Source: Candidatus Levyibacteriota bacterium (GTDB lineage Bacteria; Patescibacteriota; Microgenomatia; Levybacterales; UBA12049). Taken from it: a DNA stretch of 64,000 nucleotides. The notes below the pieces were generated by a model, which was not told the origin of the DNA, did not search any database, and saw only the letters and a list, made by a program, of their open reading frames with translations. The stretch's first letter is position 1, and every line of letters begins with the position of its first letter. The stretch lies in NCBI GenBank assembly GCA_009695045.1, contig SIBS01000002.1:26774-90773 (forward strand), given 5' to 3'. This document shows positions 8,921-19,098 of the stretch, one piece after another. The position numbers and the translations under genes are program-made.

Positions 8921-10518
8921 ATAACATAATTTTTATTTTTACGTCTTTATCTTTTTTTATATGGGTAATAAGAAATACATTTTATTGGGTATATCTCTGG
9001 CAATTAAAAGAATATCGTCTAGATAGAGTTCTTATTCATTTTAAGGAAACTTATCAAGGAAAAAGAATTTTACTATCTCCATTTTTATGGATAAAGATCC
9101 TTCTTATTATAGGGTATGGATATATCGTTTTTAATAATGAATATTTATTATTTTATCAAATATTTATTTCATTAATTTTTTATTATGAGGCTTTTTCTGT
9201 TCTGCAAGAAATAATTTTTCATAGATTACGTCGTCCATCGTCAACTATTAAAGGGGTAATCATGTGTAGCTTAACAATATTTTTTATTTCAATTTTATTT
9301 ACTATTCCTTTTGTTGATAAATATTTATGGCTATTATTACTTGAGTGTTTAATACCATTTATTATTTATATTATTGTTTTTGCTTTTTCTTTCCCAACGG
9401 AAATATATCATGATTATAAAATTGAAAAAGCAAGAAAAAAATTAGCTGATCATAAAAAAATACTTGTTATTGCAATAACTGGAAGCTATGGAAAGAGTTC
9501 CACAAAAGAATTTGTATCACAAATTTTAGAAAAAAAATTTCGATTATTAAAAACTCAAGGTAGTAATAATACTCCAATTGGTATTGCTAATACTATTCTT
9601 GATGGGCTTAAAAATAATACAGAAATACTTGTTACAGAAATGGGTGCATATAAAAAGGGTGAAATATTAGAACTTTGTGAAATTGTTAATCCAGAGATTG
9701 GAATTATTACAGGTATTAACGATCAGCATCTTTCTCTTTTTGGTAGCTTGAGCAATACAATGCAAGCAAAATATGAACTTATAGATTCATTGCCAAAAAA
9801 TGGTCTTGCATTGTTTAATGGTAATAATAATAATGCAAAAAAATTATATGAAAAAACAAAAATAAATAAAGTTCTTTATGAGGTTAAATTTTCAGTAAAT
9901 GATGTTAAGAGGAATATCTTCGCTGAGAATATAGTTACTAAAAAAAATTCTGTTTCTTTTGATGTTATTTTAAAAAGAAAAAAAATTCATTTTGAAGCAC
10001 CAGTTATTGGTGCACATAACATAGAAAACATTCTTCCAGGCATCTTTATCGGAAACAGGCTTGGTATTTCAGATTTTGATTTGGTAAAATCTGTTTCATC
10101 TTTACAATCACTTCCTAAAACAATGACTAAGCAAGAATTGGAAAATGGAACTATAGTTATTGATGATACATTTAATACTAGTCAACAAGCTGTAAGAGCT
10201 GCTTTGTCCTATCTTAAGGTGTTTAAGCAGAAAAGAATTCTTGTATTTCAACCCATGATAGAGCTTGGGGTAAGTGCAGGAGATGAGCACTATAGGGTTG
10301 CTGGTGATATGGTTAAAATATGTGATTATATTTTTGTTACAAATGAAAATTTTTTAAATCAAATGAGAAAAGGTGCTTCTTTAATAAATTCTAAATGTGA
10401 AATAAGAAAAGCTTCTATCGTAGAGATAGCGAAATTTATCCAGAATAAGGTTCATAAAGGAGACGTTGTATTATTTGAAGGAAAAGAAGCGGGAATGGTT
10501 TTGAATAAAATTTTATAA
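8917..10518 (+). CDS. murF: MurF-type Mur ligase with ~160-aa N-terminal multi-TM domain
   Basis: ITGSYGKSSTK, NTPIG, EMGAY, IDDTFN, MIELG; hydrophobic N-terminus containing WQLKEYRLDR. Confidence 0.82.
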   Translation: MNNIIFIFTSLSFFIWVIRNTFYWVYLWQLKEYRLDRVLIHFKETYQGKRILLSPFLWIKILLIIGYGYIVFNNEYLLFYQIFISLIFYYEAFSVLQEIIFHRLRRPSSTIKGVIMCSLTIFFISILFTIPFVDKYLWLLLLECLIPFIIYIIVFAFSFPTEIYHDYKIEKARKKLADHKKILVIAITGSYGKSSTKEFVSQILEKKFRLLKTQGSNNTPIGIANTILDGLKNNTEILVTEMGAYKKGEILELCEIVNPEIGIITGINDQHLSLFGSLSNTMQAKYELIDSLPKNGLALFNGNNNNAKKLYEKTKINKVLYEVKFSVNDVKRNIFAENIVTKKNSVSFDVILKRKKIHFEAPVIGAHNIENILPGIFIGNRLGISDFDLVKSVSSLQSLPKTMTKQELENGTIVIDDTFNTSQQAVRAALSYLKVFKQKRILVFQPMIELGVSAGDEHYRVAGDMVKICDYIFVTNENFLNQMRKGASLINSKCEIRKASIVEIAKFIQNKVHKGDVVLFEGKEAGMVLNKIL

Positions 10519-11777
10519 TGAATTTATATATTAAGCGTCCAATTGCAATTGAAATTTCTCCTAATACAGCTTTTGATGATGTTAGGATTGCTTGGGGAAT
10601 ATTTTTCACCCCATGGCGTTATATTAATGGTAATAGCGTAATGCTTCTTGAACAATGGTTTCGTCAATATTTTTCTGTTTCAAGTGCTATATCTTTCGTA
10701 AGTGGTAGAGGTGCATTATTTATTATCTTACAAGCGCTTGGAGTTAATAAGGATGATGAAGTCATTATTCAATCATTTACATGTGCCGTAGTTCCAAATG
10801 CAATTATTGCTCGAGGAGCAAAGCCAATTTATGTTGATATTAATTTATCTCTTACAATGGATCCAGATAAGTTAGAAAAGGAGATTACAAAAAAAACTAA
10901 AGCTATTATTGTGCAGCATACATTTGGAATCCCATCAGATATTGAAAAAATTGTCTCAATTGCAAATAAATATGAAATTCCCATAATTGAAGACTCTGCT
11001 CATGTAATTGGTGGAATATGGAAAAATAAAAAATTAGGATCAATTGGAAAAGTTGGATTTTTTAGCTTTGGAAGAGATAAGGCTTTTTCATCTGTTTTTG
11101 GCGGAATGGTTATAACTAATGATATTATGTTTGGTAAAAAAATAAGATCTCTACATCGTGTACAAAAAAATCCTTCATTTTTATGGATTCTACAGCAATT
11201 ATTTCACCCAATTGCATTTTATATTATTCTTCCACTTTATGATACTCTTTATATTGGAAAAGTAATTTTAATTATTTTACAAAAATTACATTTTCTTTCT
11301 TTTTCTGTAACAAATAAAGAGAAGGATGGTGGTTTCGAAAAAATACTTTTGTCAAAATTACCAAATGCATTAGCAATACTTGCGCTTCATCAGGTAAGAA
11401 AAATAAAAGAATATAATGCAAAACGAAATAGTATTACGGAATTATATATTAAAGAGCTTTCAGACCCAATGTTTTCTTTTCCATGGAGAGTAAGTAGTTC
11501 ACTTCTTAGATTTCCTGTTTTAATAAATGGCAATAGAGATGATCTTATGTTATTTATGAAAAAACATAATATTTATTTAGGAAATTGGTATACTGAATGT
11601 ATAGGTCCATCGGGGACAGATTTCGAAAAAATATATTATCAAAGAAGTAATTTTCCTATATCTTTAATGATATCTCAAAAGATTATTAATTTGCCAACTT
11701 ACCCAACGATGAAAATTGCTGATGCTAAGCGAATAATTCAAGTATTACAAATATATGCTAGAAATAAAAGAAGTTAA
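10518..11777 (+). CDS. DegT/DnrJ/EryC1/StrS-family PLP-dependent aminotransferase
   Basis: SGRGAL, DEVII, QHTFG, IIEDSAH, FSFGRDK (Schiff-base Lys), INLPT. Confidence 0.88.
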   Translation: MNLYIKRPIAIEISPNTAFDDVRIAWGIFFTPWRYINGNSVMLLEQWFRQYFSVSSAISFVSGRGALFIILQALGVNKDDEVIIQSFTCAVVPNAIIARGAKPIYVDINLSLTMDPDKLEKEITKKTKAIIVQHTFGIPSDIEKIVSIANKYEIPIIEDSAHVIGGIWKNKKLGSIGKVGFFSFGRDKAFSSVFGGMVITNDIMFGKKIRSLHRVQKNPSFLWILQQLFHPIAFYIILPLYDTLYIGKVILIILQKLHFLSFSVTNKEKDGGFEKILLSKLPNALAILALHQVRKIKEYNAKRNSITELYIKELSDPMFSFPWRVSSSLLRFPVLINGNRDDLMLFMKKHNIYLGNWYTECIGPSGTDFEKIYYQRSNFPISLMISQKIINLPTYPTMKIADAKRIIQVLQIYARNKRS

Positions 11778-12774
11778 CGATAAAAAACAATGGACTAATT
11801 TTCTTTCAAAAAAAGAAATTATATACTATCCACTTTTTCAATCATGGAATTGGGGCGAGGTTCAAAAAGCACTAGGATTCTCTATAATTAGAATTGGTTT
11901 ATTTGATAATGATAAATTAGTAGCTGTTTGTTTAATCATAGATATCATCGCAAAGCGTGGGCATTATCTACATCTTCGTCATGGGCCAGTTATCTTAGAT
12001 AAAAATATCGTTTATATTAATGCAATAGTTAATTATGTAAAGAAAATTGCTAAGGAAAAGAAAGCAAAATTTATTAGAATGAGTCCATTATGGGAAAAAA
12101 AGATTGTTGATATAAAATATCTAAAAAATAATGGATGCATTGATGCTCCAATTTATAATATGGATGCTGAATATTGTTGGGTACTAGATATATCAAAATC
12201 TGAAAAAGAACTTCTTTCGGACATGCGTAAGTCTCATCGTTATCTTATACGTAAATCACTTAAAATGCATATTGAGATATCAAAAACAAATGATGTTAAA
12301 GCAGTAGATGATTTCCTTTTATTATATAAAGATCTCTCTGATCGAAAACATTTTGTTCCACATAGAGGAATTAGAGAGGAAGTGATGTTTTTTGGACAAG
12401 ATAATGAAGCACTTCTTTTATTAGCTAGCTGGAATAATGAAATAGCAGGTGGAGCTGTTATTGATTTTGTTGGAAAAATGGCAATATATCATCATGGAGC
12501 AACTCTCTCAAGGTATCGAGATATTCCCCTTTCCTATATTATTCAGTGGCAGGCTATTTTGGAAGCAAAAAAGCGAGGTATGAAAATATATAATTTTTGG
12601 GGAATTGCACCGCTAAATCAGCCTAATCATCCATGGCAAGGTCACACACTTTTTAAAATGGGATTTGGTGGAGAAGTTTGTGAATTTGTACATGCCCAAG
12701 ACATACCGTTATCACTTGATTATTGGCGAAGTTGGATTATTGAAAAAATAACAAAGAAGCTGAAGGGATATTAA
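11755..12774 (+). CDS. FemABX/MurM-family aminoacyl-tRNA-dependent peptidyltransferase
   Basis: FQSWNWGE, HGPV, RYLIRKS, YHHGA, QWQAILEAKKRG, YNFWG, FKMGFGG. Confidence 0.9.
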   Translation: MLEIKEVNDKKQWTNFLSKKEIIYYPLFQSWNWGEVQKALGFSIIRIGLFDNDKLVAVCLIIDIIAKRGHYLHLRHGPVILDKNIVYINAIVNYVKKIAKEKKAKFIRMSPLWEKKIVDIKYLKNNGCIDAPIYNMDAEYCWVLDISKSEKELLSDMRKSHRYLIRKSLKMHIEISKTNDVKAVDDFLLLYKDLSDRKHFVPHRGIREEVMFFGQDNEALLLLASWNNEIAGGAVIDFVGKMAIYHHGATLSRYRDIPLSYIIQWQAILEAKKRGMKIYNFWGIAPLNQPNHPWQGHTLFKMGFGGEVCEFVHAQDIPLSLDYWRSWIIEKITKKLKGY

Positions 12775-12816
12775 TACATAGTTAATCGGTTCTTATGTGT
12801 TTAATTCTTTATCTGT

Positions 12817-12846
12817 TTGCTATTAAAATCAATCACATGATATAAT
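12817..12846 (+). promoter_or_regulatory. Putative sigma70 promoter for mraY (extended -10)
   Basis: TTGCTA, 18-nt spacer ending TGA, TATAAT; -10 ends 8 nt before ATG. Confidence 0.6.
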
Positions 12847-12854
12847 TACTTCTT

Positions 12855-13862
12855 ATGGGACAACTTTTAGGACTTCTTATTATGTCTTTTTTTATATCTG
12901 GAATTCTGTTCATTCCTTTTATAGATTTTCTCTATAAAATAAAACTTCAGAGACAAAAACAAATCACAAAAGACATGTTTAATAAGCATACGCCAATTTT
13001 TGATAAATTTAATTCTTGGAAAGTTGGCACACCGTTTGGAGGAGGTATTCTTATAATAATTGTAGTTACATTGCTTACATTTTGGTCATATGGAGTCTTT
13101 GGTGTAAAGGTAAAGCCATGGGAATTATTTGTATTATTATTTTCATTTATAGGATTTGGATTATTAGGATTATATGATGATATTAAAAAATTATTCCCTG
13201 ACAATAAAGCATTTTTTGGTCTTTCTTTTACTGTAAAATTTCTTATTCAATGGATAATTGCTTTTATTTTAGCTTCTGTATTATATATTAATCTTGGCTA
13301 TTCATTTATTTTTATTCATGGATTTGGATTGGCAAATATTGGATTTTTATATATTCCTATTGCTGCATTTATTATTGTATCTTTTGCTAATGCATTCAAT
13401 ATTGCTGATGGTTTAGATGGACTTGCTTCTGGGCTTCTTTTAATTTGTTTAGGATCTTTTTTAGCAATTTCTTCAACAGCATTAGATCAGGGATTGGGCA
13501 TGTTTATATCTATTCTTATGGGAAGCGTTGGTGCTTTTTTATATTTTAATATTTATAAAGCTCGAATATGGCTTGGAGACGTTGGCTCAATGGCGCTTGG
13601 TGCATCACTTGGAATAATAGGTCTTCTAACAGGAAAAATTATCGCTGTTGCATTTATTGGTGGCGTTTTTGTATTAGAGGCAGGTTCATCACTTTTACAA
13701 ATTTTGAGTAAAAAATTCTTCGGAAAAAAAGTATTTCCTGTATCTCCGCTTCATCTTTATTTACAACGACATGGATGGGAGGAGCCAAAAATTGTCATGC
13801 GTGCTTGGTTACTTGGATTTCTCTTTGCTATTATTGGTCTATACTTCGCTTTCATCGGTTAA
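12855..13862 (+). CDS. mraY: Phospho-MurNAc-pentapeptide transferase
   Basis: KVGTPFGGG, GLYDD, NAFNIADGLDGLA, WLGDVGS, multi-TM. Confidence 0.93.
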   Translation: MGQLLGLLIMSFFISGILFIPFIDFLYKIKLQRQKQITKDMFNKHTPIFDKFNSWKVGTPFGGGILIIIVVTLLTFWSYGVFGVKVKPWELFVLLFSFIGFGLLGLYDDIKKLFPDNKAFFGLSFTVKFLIQWIIAFILASVLYINLGYSFIFIHGFGLANIGFLYIPIAAFIIVSFANAFNIADGLDGLASGLLLICLGSFLAISSTALDQGLGMFISILMGSVGAFLYFNIYKARIWLGDVGSMALGASLGIIGLLTGKIIAVAFIGGVFVLEAGSSLLQILSKKFFGKKVFPVSPLHLYLQRHGWEEPKIVMRAWLLGFLFAIIGLYFAFIG

Positions 13863-13935
13863 TAAACGTCTTTATCTATTTAAAATAGTTTAGTAATATA
13901 TCTAAAAATATTTAAATTTATGATACGATAATAAT

Positions 13936-15000
13936 ATGAAAAAAATAGATTTTACGCTTTTTTTTACAGTTATTATATTGTCATTATTTGGTCTTTTTAT
14001 GATTTATAATGCATCTTCATTTATTGCTTTCAGAGATTTTTCTGATAAATACCATTATGTAAAAGATCAATTATTATGGTTAATCCTTGGATTTATAGGA
14101 TTAGTTTTCTTTTCATTATTTGATTATAAAAGATTGTATTATTTATTTTTACCAATATTAATTTGTATATTTTTGTTATTAATCTCAGTTTTTTTACCAA
14201 TAATTGGTGTATACGTATTAGGAGCGCACAGATGGATTAATTTCGGATTTTTTGTACTTCAACCAAGTGAATTAGTAAAACTTGGTTTAGCTATATGCTT
14301 ATCTGCTTGGTTTTCTGACAACGAAAAAGGTAGATTTGGTCCAGCCTGTATTATTATAATAATGATAATTATCTTGGTTATGATTGAGCCAGATATGGGA
14401 ACTGCTGTTGTCCTACTTCTTGAGTCGATAGTTATATATTTTCTATCTGGTGGAAGCATATTTAATCTTTTTATGATTATTCCTTTAATCTTCACAGCTG
14501 GATACATAGCAATTAAAATAGCTCCTTATAGGGCAGAACGCTTACTTGAACATATGGGAGTTTATTATTCCATTGATAAGACTTCTTATCATGTAAAACA
14601 AATTCTTATCGCATTAGGTTCTGGTGGAATTACAGGGATTGGTTTTGGTAATTCGCTTCAGAAATATGCATATTTGCCAGAAAATACAACAGATTCAATC
14701 TTTGCAATTATTGCTGAAGAATACGGTCTAGTTGGGGGTGGATTACTCTTATCAGTTTATATATTCTTAATATGGAGAGGGATACATATTGCTAAAAATA
14801 CAAAAGATTCATTTGGAAAACTACTCAGTGCAGGAATAATTACTTTTTTAGGGATTCAGGCACTGATTAATTTAGGTGCTCAATCAGCATTAATTCCTTT
14901 AACTGGTATTCCATTGCCCTTTATTTCTTATGGTGGTTCAGCAACCGTGGTGAATTTATGCTCTATTGGTATTTTGCTTAATATTTCAAAAAAAATATGA
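13936..15000 (+). CDS. ftsW: SEDS peptidoglycan glycosyltransferase FtsW
   Basis: GAHRWI, QPSELVK, EPDMGT, LPENTTDSIF, LPFISYGGS; upstream of murG. Confidence 0.92.
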   Translation: MKKIDFTLFFTVIILSLFGLFMIYNASSFIAFRDFSDKYHYVKDQLLWLILGFIGLVFFSLFDYKRLYYLFLPILICIFLLLISVFLPIIGVYVLGAHRWINFGFFVLQPSELVKLGLAICLSAWFSDNEKGRFGPACIIIIMIIILVMIEPDMGTAVVLLLESIVIYFLSGGSIFNLFMIIPLIFTAGYIAIKIAPYRAERLLEHMGVYYSIDKTSYHVKQILIALGSGGITGIGFGNSLQKYAYLPENTTDSIFAIIAEEYGLVGGGLLLSVYIFLIWRGIHIAKNTKDSFGKLLSAGIITFLGIQALINLGAQSALIPLTGIPLPFISYGGSATVVNLCSIGILLNISKKI

Positions 15001-16118
15001 AGATAATAATTGCATCTGCTGGGGGTGGTCATTTCTCTCCCGTTCTATCTGTTATAAAAAGATTGTCAAAAGCAGAAGTTATTGTTATTGGAAGAAAATA
15101 TGGAATTGAGGGAGATAGAACAGCAGAATCATTGGAATATAAAATTTGTAAAAGTCTTGATCTTCGTTTTATTTCTTTGACAACTGGTAGATTGCAGCGT
15201 AAATTTACAAAATATACTCTTTTATCACTTGCAAAAATTCCATTTGGAATTATTCAATCATTCACATTTTTAATAAAAGAAAAACCTGACATTGTTCTTT
15301 CGTTTGGTGGATATATTGGTATTCCTGTTGTTGTATCTGCATGGTTACTTAATATACCAGTAATTATTCATGAACAAGCTCTTACTATTGGACTTGGAAA
15401 TAAGTTTGCAGCAATTTTTGCTAAAAAGGTTTGTATTTCATGGGAAACATCTTTACCTTTTTTTCCAAATAAAAAAACAGTCCTTACAGGTAATCCTATA
15501 AAAGATGAATTTATAAATCTAGATGTAGATAACATTAATCCCGTTAAGTTTGGATTTAAATCTAAAAATCCATTGTTATATATAACTGGAGGAAGCATTG
15601 GATCTCACAGTATTAATAATTTAGTAGAAAAATCACTTCCTGACTTGCTTCAATCCTGTAATGTATTACATCAAACAGGAGACGCTACTGAGTTTAATGA
15701 TTTTAATAGATTGATTCAGTTACGAAAAAATCTACCTGAGAATTTGAGACAAAATTATATTATTAAAAAATTTTTGACAAGTAAAGAAGCAGTGGAAGCT
15801 ATTACTTCTGCTAATCTTGTTATTTCTCGTGCAGGAATAGGCACAATCACAGAGCTGCTTTATATTGGTGTTCCTAGCATTATATTACCTATTCAAGATA
15901 ATTTAGAACAAGAAGCTAATGCAGTTTTTATTGAAGAAAAAGGATCTGCGGAAATTATAAGATCAATTAATGCAACGTCTCAAAATTTCATAGAAGTAGT
16001 AAATAAAATGATTTTAAATGAAAGTAAATATAGAAATATGGCACAAAAAAATAAAAAACTTATTAAAAAAGATTCTGCAGATAAAATAGTTGCAGTTTTG
16101 CAAGATTATCTAAAATAG
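14997..16118 (+). CDS. murG: Lipid II GlcNAc transferase MurG
   Basis: GGGHFSP, FGGY, IHEQ, TGNPI, TGGSIGS, SRAG, EQEANA. Confidence 0.93.
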   Translation: MKIIIASAGGGHFSPVLSVIKRLSKAEVIVIGRKYGIEGDRTAESLEYKICKSLDLRFISLTTGRLQRKFTKYTLLSLAKIPFGIIQSFTFLIKEKPDIVLSFGGYIGIPVVVSAWLLNIPVIIHEQALTIGLGNKFAAIFAKKVCISWETSLPFFPNKKTVLTGNPIKDEFINLDVDNINPVKFGFKSKNPLLYITGGSIGSHSINNLVEKSLPDLLQSCNVLHQTGDATEFNDFNRLIQLRKNLPENLRQNYIIKKFLTSKEAVEAITSANLVISRAGIGTITELLYIGVPSIILPIQDNLEQEANAVFIEEKGSAEIIRSINATSQNFIEVVNKMILNESKYRNMAQKNKKLIKKDSADKIVAVLQDYLK

Positions 16119-16120
16119 AT

Positions 16121-16558
16121 ATGATAAAAATACATCGTAGGGAAAAAAAGAACAGATTTATTATCCGTTTATATATGATCGTATTTCTGATCATTGTTTT
16201 TTCCCCAGCCATATGTCTATATATCTTATTTAGAACACAAAAATTATTTATAAGTCCATTGCCCAAATCTGTCCATAGGATAGAAAAAAAAATAGCCATA
16301 TATTCTCAATCCGTTAAGGAGTTAGAGTTGCTTTTAGTTAATAAAAAAATACACTTCTTATCAATTAAAGAAGATAATAATCTATCGGCATTTATTATTT
16401 TATTAAAAAATAAAGGTGAGATAATTTTATCTTTAGAAAAAAACCTAGAAGAGCAAGTAGCCTCTTTACAATTAATACTAACTAGATTTACAATAGAAGG
16501 TAAGGGTGTTCGTAGCCTTGATTTTCGTTTCAATAAACCAGTTATTGTATTTTTATAA
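16121..16558 (+). CDS. Short FtsQ/DivIB-like membrane protein
   Basis: One N-terminal TM segment, C-terminal LDFRFNKPVI motif, position between murG and ftsA. Confidence 0.6.
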   Translation: MIKIHRREKKNRFIIRLYMIVFLIIVFSPAICLYILFRTQKLFISPLPKSVHRIEKKIAIYSQSVKELELLLVNKKIHFLSIKEDNNLSAFIILLKNKGEIILSLEKNLEEQVASLQLILTRFTIEGKGVRSLDFRFNKPVIVFL

Positions 16559-16564
16559 TAAATT

Positions 16565-17869
16565 ATGAGTGATAGTAAAATATTTATTGGAGTTGATATT
16601 GGTACTTCAAAAATTGTTACCGTTATCGCACAGATTGATGAAAACATTAATATTATCGGTGTTTCAGAAATAAAATCTGTTGGAATTAAAAAAGGTCAAA
16701 TTGTAGATATTGAAAATGCAGTTAATTCTATAATTAAATCTCTTGAAGCTGCAGAACGTATGGCTGGATATGGTGCTAAGAATGTTTTCGTTTCAGTTGG
16801 AGGAAGTCATATTGAAAGTCAAAATTCTAATGGAACCGTTGCTGTTTCCTCAAAGCAAGTAGAAATAACTCAGAATGATATTGATCGTGTTATTGATTCA
16901 GCAAGAGCAGTTACGATGCCTTCTTATCGTCAAATTATTCATGTTCTTCCTCGTAATTTTACCGTTGATGGTCAGGAAGGGATAAAAGATCCAATTAGCA
17001 TGACTGGATATGTCTTAAAAGTTGATGCACATATTATTACTGCTAACATTACAAATATTCGAAATATAGAAAGAGCACTTAATGAGGCAGGTGTAAATAT
17101 AGATAATTTTGTTTCAATTGGCTATGCAAGTAGTTTAGCAGTTCTTACTGATACTGAAAAAGAACTAGGCATTGTTCTTGTTGATATTGGATCTGGAACA
17201 ACTAGTATATGTATTTACATAGATGGATCTGTTTCTTTTTCGTCAGTAATTCCTATAGGTGCACGTCATATAACTAGTGATTTGGCGCTTGGACTTAGAA
17301 TATCTATAGAAAGTGCTGAAAAAATAAAGATTCATCTTTCGGGATGCGTAGTTAGAAAAACTATTCGACCAGATGATTTAGAAGGATTATCAGAAAATAA
17401 AATTATAGATAAATCTGATGAACTAGATATTAGCCTCCTTGATATACCAGAAGAATTGAAAAAAATATCTAAAAAAACTTTGATAGAAGGGATTATTAGG
17501 CCGAGGCTTAATGAAATCTTCACTATGGTTGGTCTTGAGATAAAAAGAAGTGGTTATGGTGGAAAAACACCTGCTGGATTAGTTGTTACTGGTGGGGGAT
17601 CAAAAACAGTAGCTATGACAGAAGCTGCTAAGAGAATGCTTTTAATGCCAGTAAGAATTGGTAACCCAAAAGATTTAAAAGGAATTGTTGATGAGGCTGA
17701 TGATCCTTCATTTTCTGCTGTCATTGGTCTTTGTATATTTGCATCTAAAAAAAATTTAAAATCTGAAAATACATTACCATTTAGTTTTTCACTTTCAAAT
17801 ATTCAATTACAATCATTTTATAAATTTTTTAAAAAAATTACCAATCTAATAAAATCTCTTATGCCTTGA
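16565..17869 (+). CDS. ftsA: Cell division protein FtsA
   Basis: DIGTSKI, AERMAG, VDIGSGTT, VVTGGGS, C-terminal amphipathic helix. Confidence 0.95.
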   Translation: MSDSKIFIGVDIGTSKIVTVIAQIDENINIIGVSEIKSVGIKKGQIVDIENAVNSIIKSLEAAERMAGYGAKNVFVSVGGSHIESQNSNGTVAVSSKQVEITQNDIDRVIDSARAVTMPSYRQIIHVLPRNFTVDGQEGIKDPISMTGYVLKVDAHIITANITNIRNIERALNEAGVNIDNFVSIGYASSLAVLTDTEKELGIVLVDIGSGTTSICIYIDGSVSFSSVIPIGARHITSDLALGLRISIESAEKIKIHLSGCVVRKTIRPDDLEGLSENKIIDKSDELDISLLDIPEELKKISKKTLIEGIIRPRLNEIFTMVGLEIKRSGYGGKTPAGLVVTGGGSKTVAMTEAAKRMLLMPVRIGNPKDLKGIVDEADDPSFSAVIGLCIFASKKNLKSENTLPFSFSLSNIQLQSFYKFFKKITNLIKSLMP

Positions 17870-17921
17870 TATTTTTTCTAAAATATAAAAAGTTAATTAT
17901 ATTTATTATTCAATTTGCTTA

Positions 17922-17950
17922 TTGCAAAATTTATTCTCTTTTGTTAGGAT
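17922..17950 (+). promoter_or_regulatory. Putative sigma70 promoter for ftsZ
   Basis: TTGCAA, 17-nt spacer ending TGT, TAGGAT; 10 nt before ATG at 17961. Confidence 0.5.
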
Positions 17951-17960
17951 TTGTTCACAC

Positions 17961-19085
17961 ATGTTGATAAGACCTCAATCTACTAACTTTGCCAAAATAC
18001 GCGTTTTGGGCGTAGGTGGTGGTGGAAGTAATGCTGTTAATTCAATGATATCTCAAAGCAAGATACAAAACGTTGATTTTATCGTAATTAATACTGATGC
18101 CCAGGCACTTCTTAATAGTCAATGTTCTATTAAATTACAAATTGGTGAAGGGATTACTAAGGGGCTTGGGTCTGGAGGAGATCCTGAAATTGGAAAACAA
18201 GCCGCAGAGGAGAGTCGTGAAAAGATTAAAGATATGCTTGAGGGTTCCAATATGGTTTTTATTGCATCAGGCATGGGTGGTGGAACCGGAACTGGTGCAG
18301 CTCCAATTGTTGCTCAAATAGCGAAAGAAATTGGCGCACTGACAATAGCAGTTGTTACTAAGCCATTTATTTTTGAGGGAACTCGTCGCATGGTTTCTGC
18401 TGAAGAGGGCCTGGAAGAACTTAAGGGAAAAGTGGATACACTTATAGTAATTCCAAATCAGCGAATTTTAGATGTCGTTGATAAAAAATTATCTCTTTTA
18501 GAAGCATTTCGTGTTGCTGATTCGGTTTTGTCTCAAGGTGTGCAGGGAATTTCTGATCTTATTACAATGCCCGGTTTAATAAATGTTGATTTTGCAGATG
18601 TTAGATCTATAATGACTGACGCAGGCTCGGCTCTTATGGGTATCGGCACAGGTGTTGGAGAGAATCGTGCTCAAACCGCAGCAAGGAGTGCGGTTGCATC
18701 CCCCTTGTTAGAAATATCTATGGATGGCGCAAGAGGTGTTCTTTTTAACATTATAGGAGGTCCTGATCTTGCGATGAGTGAAGTGGATGAAGCTGCTAAA
18801 ATTATTGCAGCAGCTGCTGATCCTGATGCTAATATAATATTTGGTGCAACAATAGATAATAATATGCATGATCAACTTAAGGTTACATTAATTGCAACTG
18901 GATTCGATAACAATAAACAAAGACTTAAAGAATTTATGCCTAGACAGTCACAAATAGTTCAATCAGTAGATTATGGACAATCTAATCATTCATCGGCACC
19001 AATAAATCAGATAATAGATGAATCAAAACAGCAAAAAGAAGATGATGAATTTGAAATCCCCGCATTCTTAAGAGAGAGGAATTAA
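17961..19085 (+). CDS. ftsZ: Cell division protein FtsZ (start moved to ATG 17961)
   Basis: [29 protein letters not shown]-terminal EIPAFLR. Confidence 0.97.
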   Translation: MLIRPQSTNFAKIRVLGVGGGGSNAVNSMISQSKIQNVDFIVINTDAQALLNSQCSIKLQIGEGITKGLGSGGDPEIGKQAAEESREKIKDMLEGSNMVFIASGMGGGTGTGAAPIVAQIAKEIGALTIAVVTKPFIFEGTRRMVSAEEGLEELKGKVDTLIVIPNQRILDVVDKKLSLLEAFRVADSVLSQGVQGISDLITMPGLINVDFADVRSIMTDAGSALMGIGTGVGENRAQTAARSAVASPLLEISMDGARGVLFNIIGGPDLAMSEVDEAAKIIAAAADPDANIIFGATIDNNMHDQLKVTLIATGFDNNKQRLKEFMPRQSQIVQSVDYGQSNHSSAPINQIIDESKQQKEDDEFEIPAFLRERN

Positions 19086-19098
19086 TTTTTCTTAGTCC

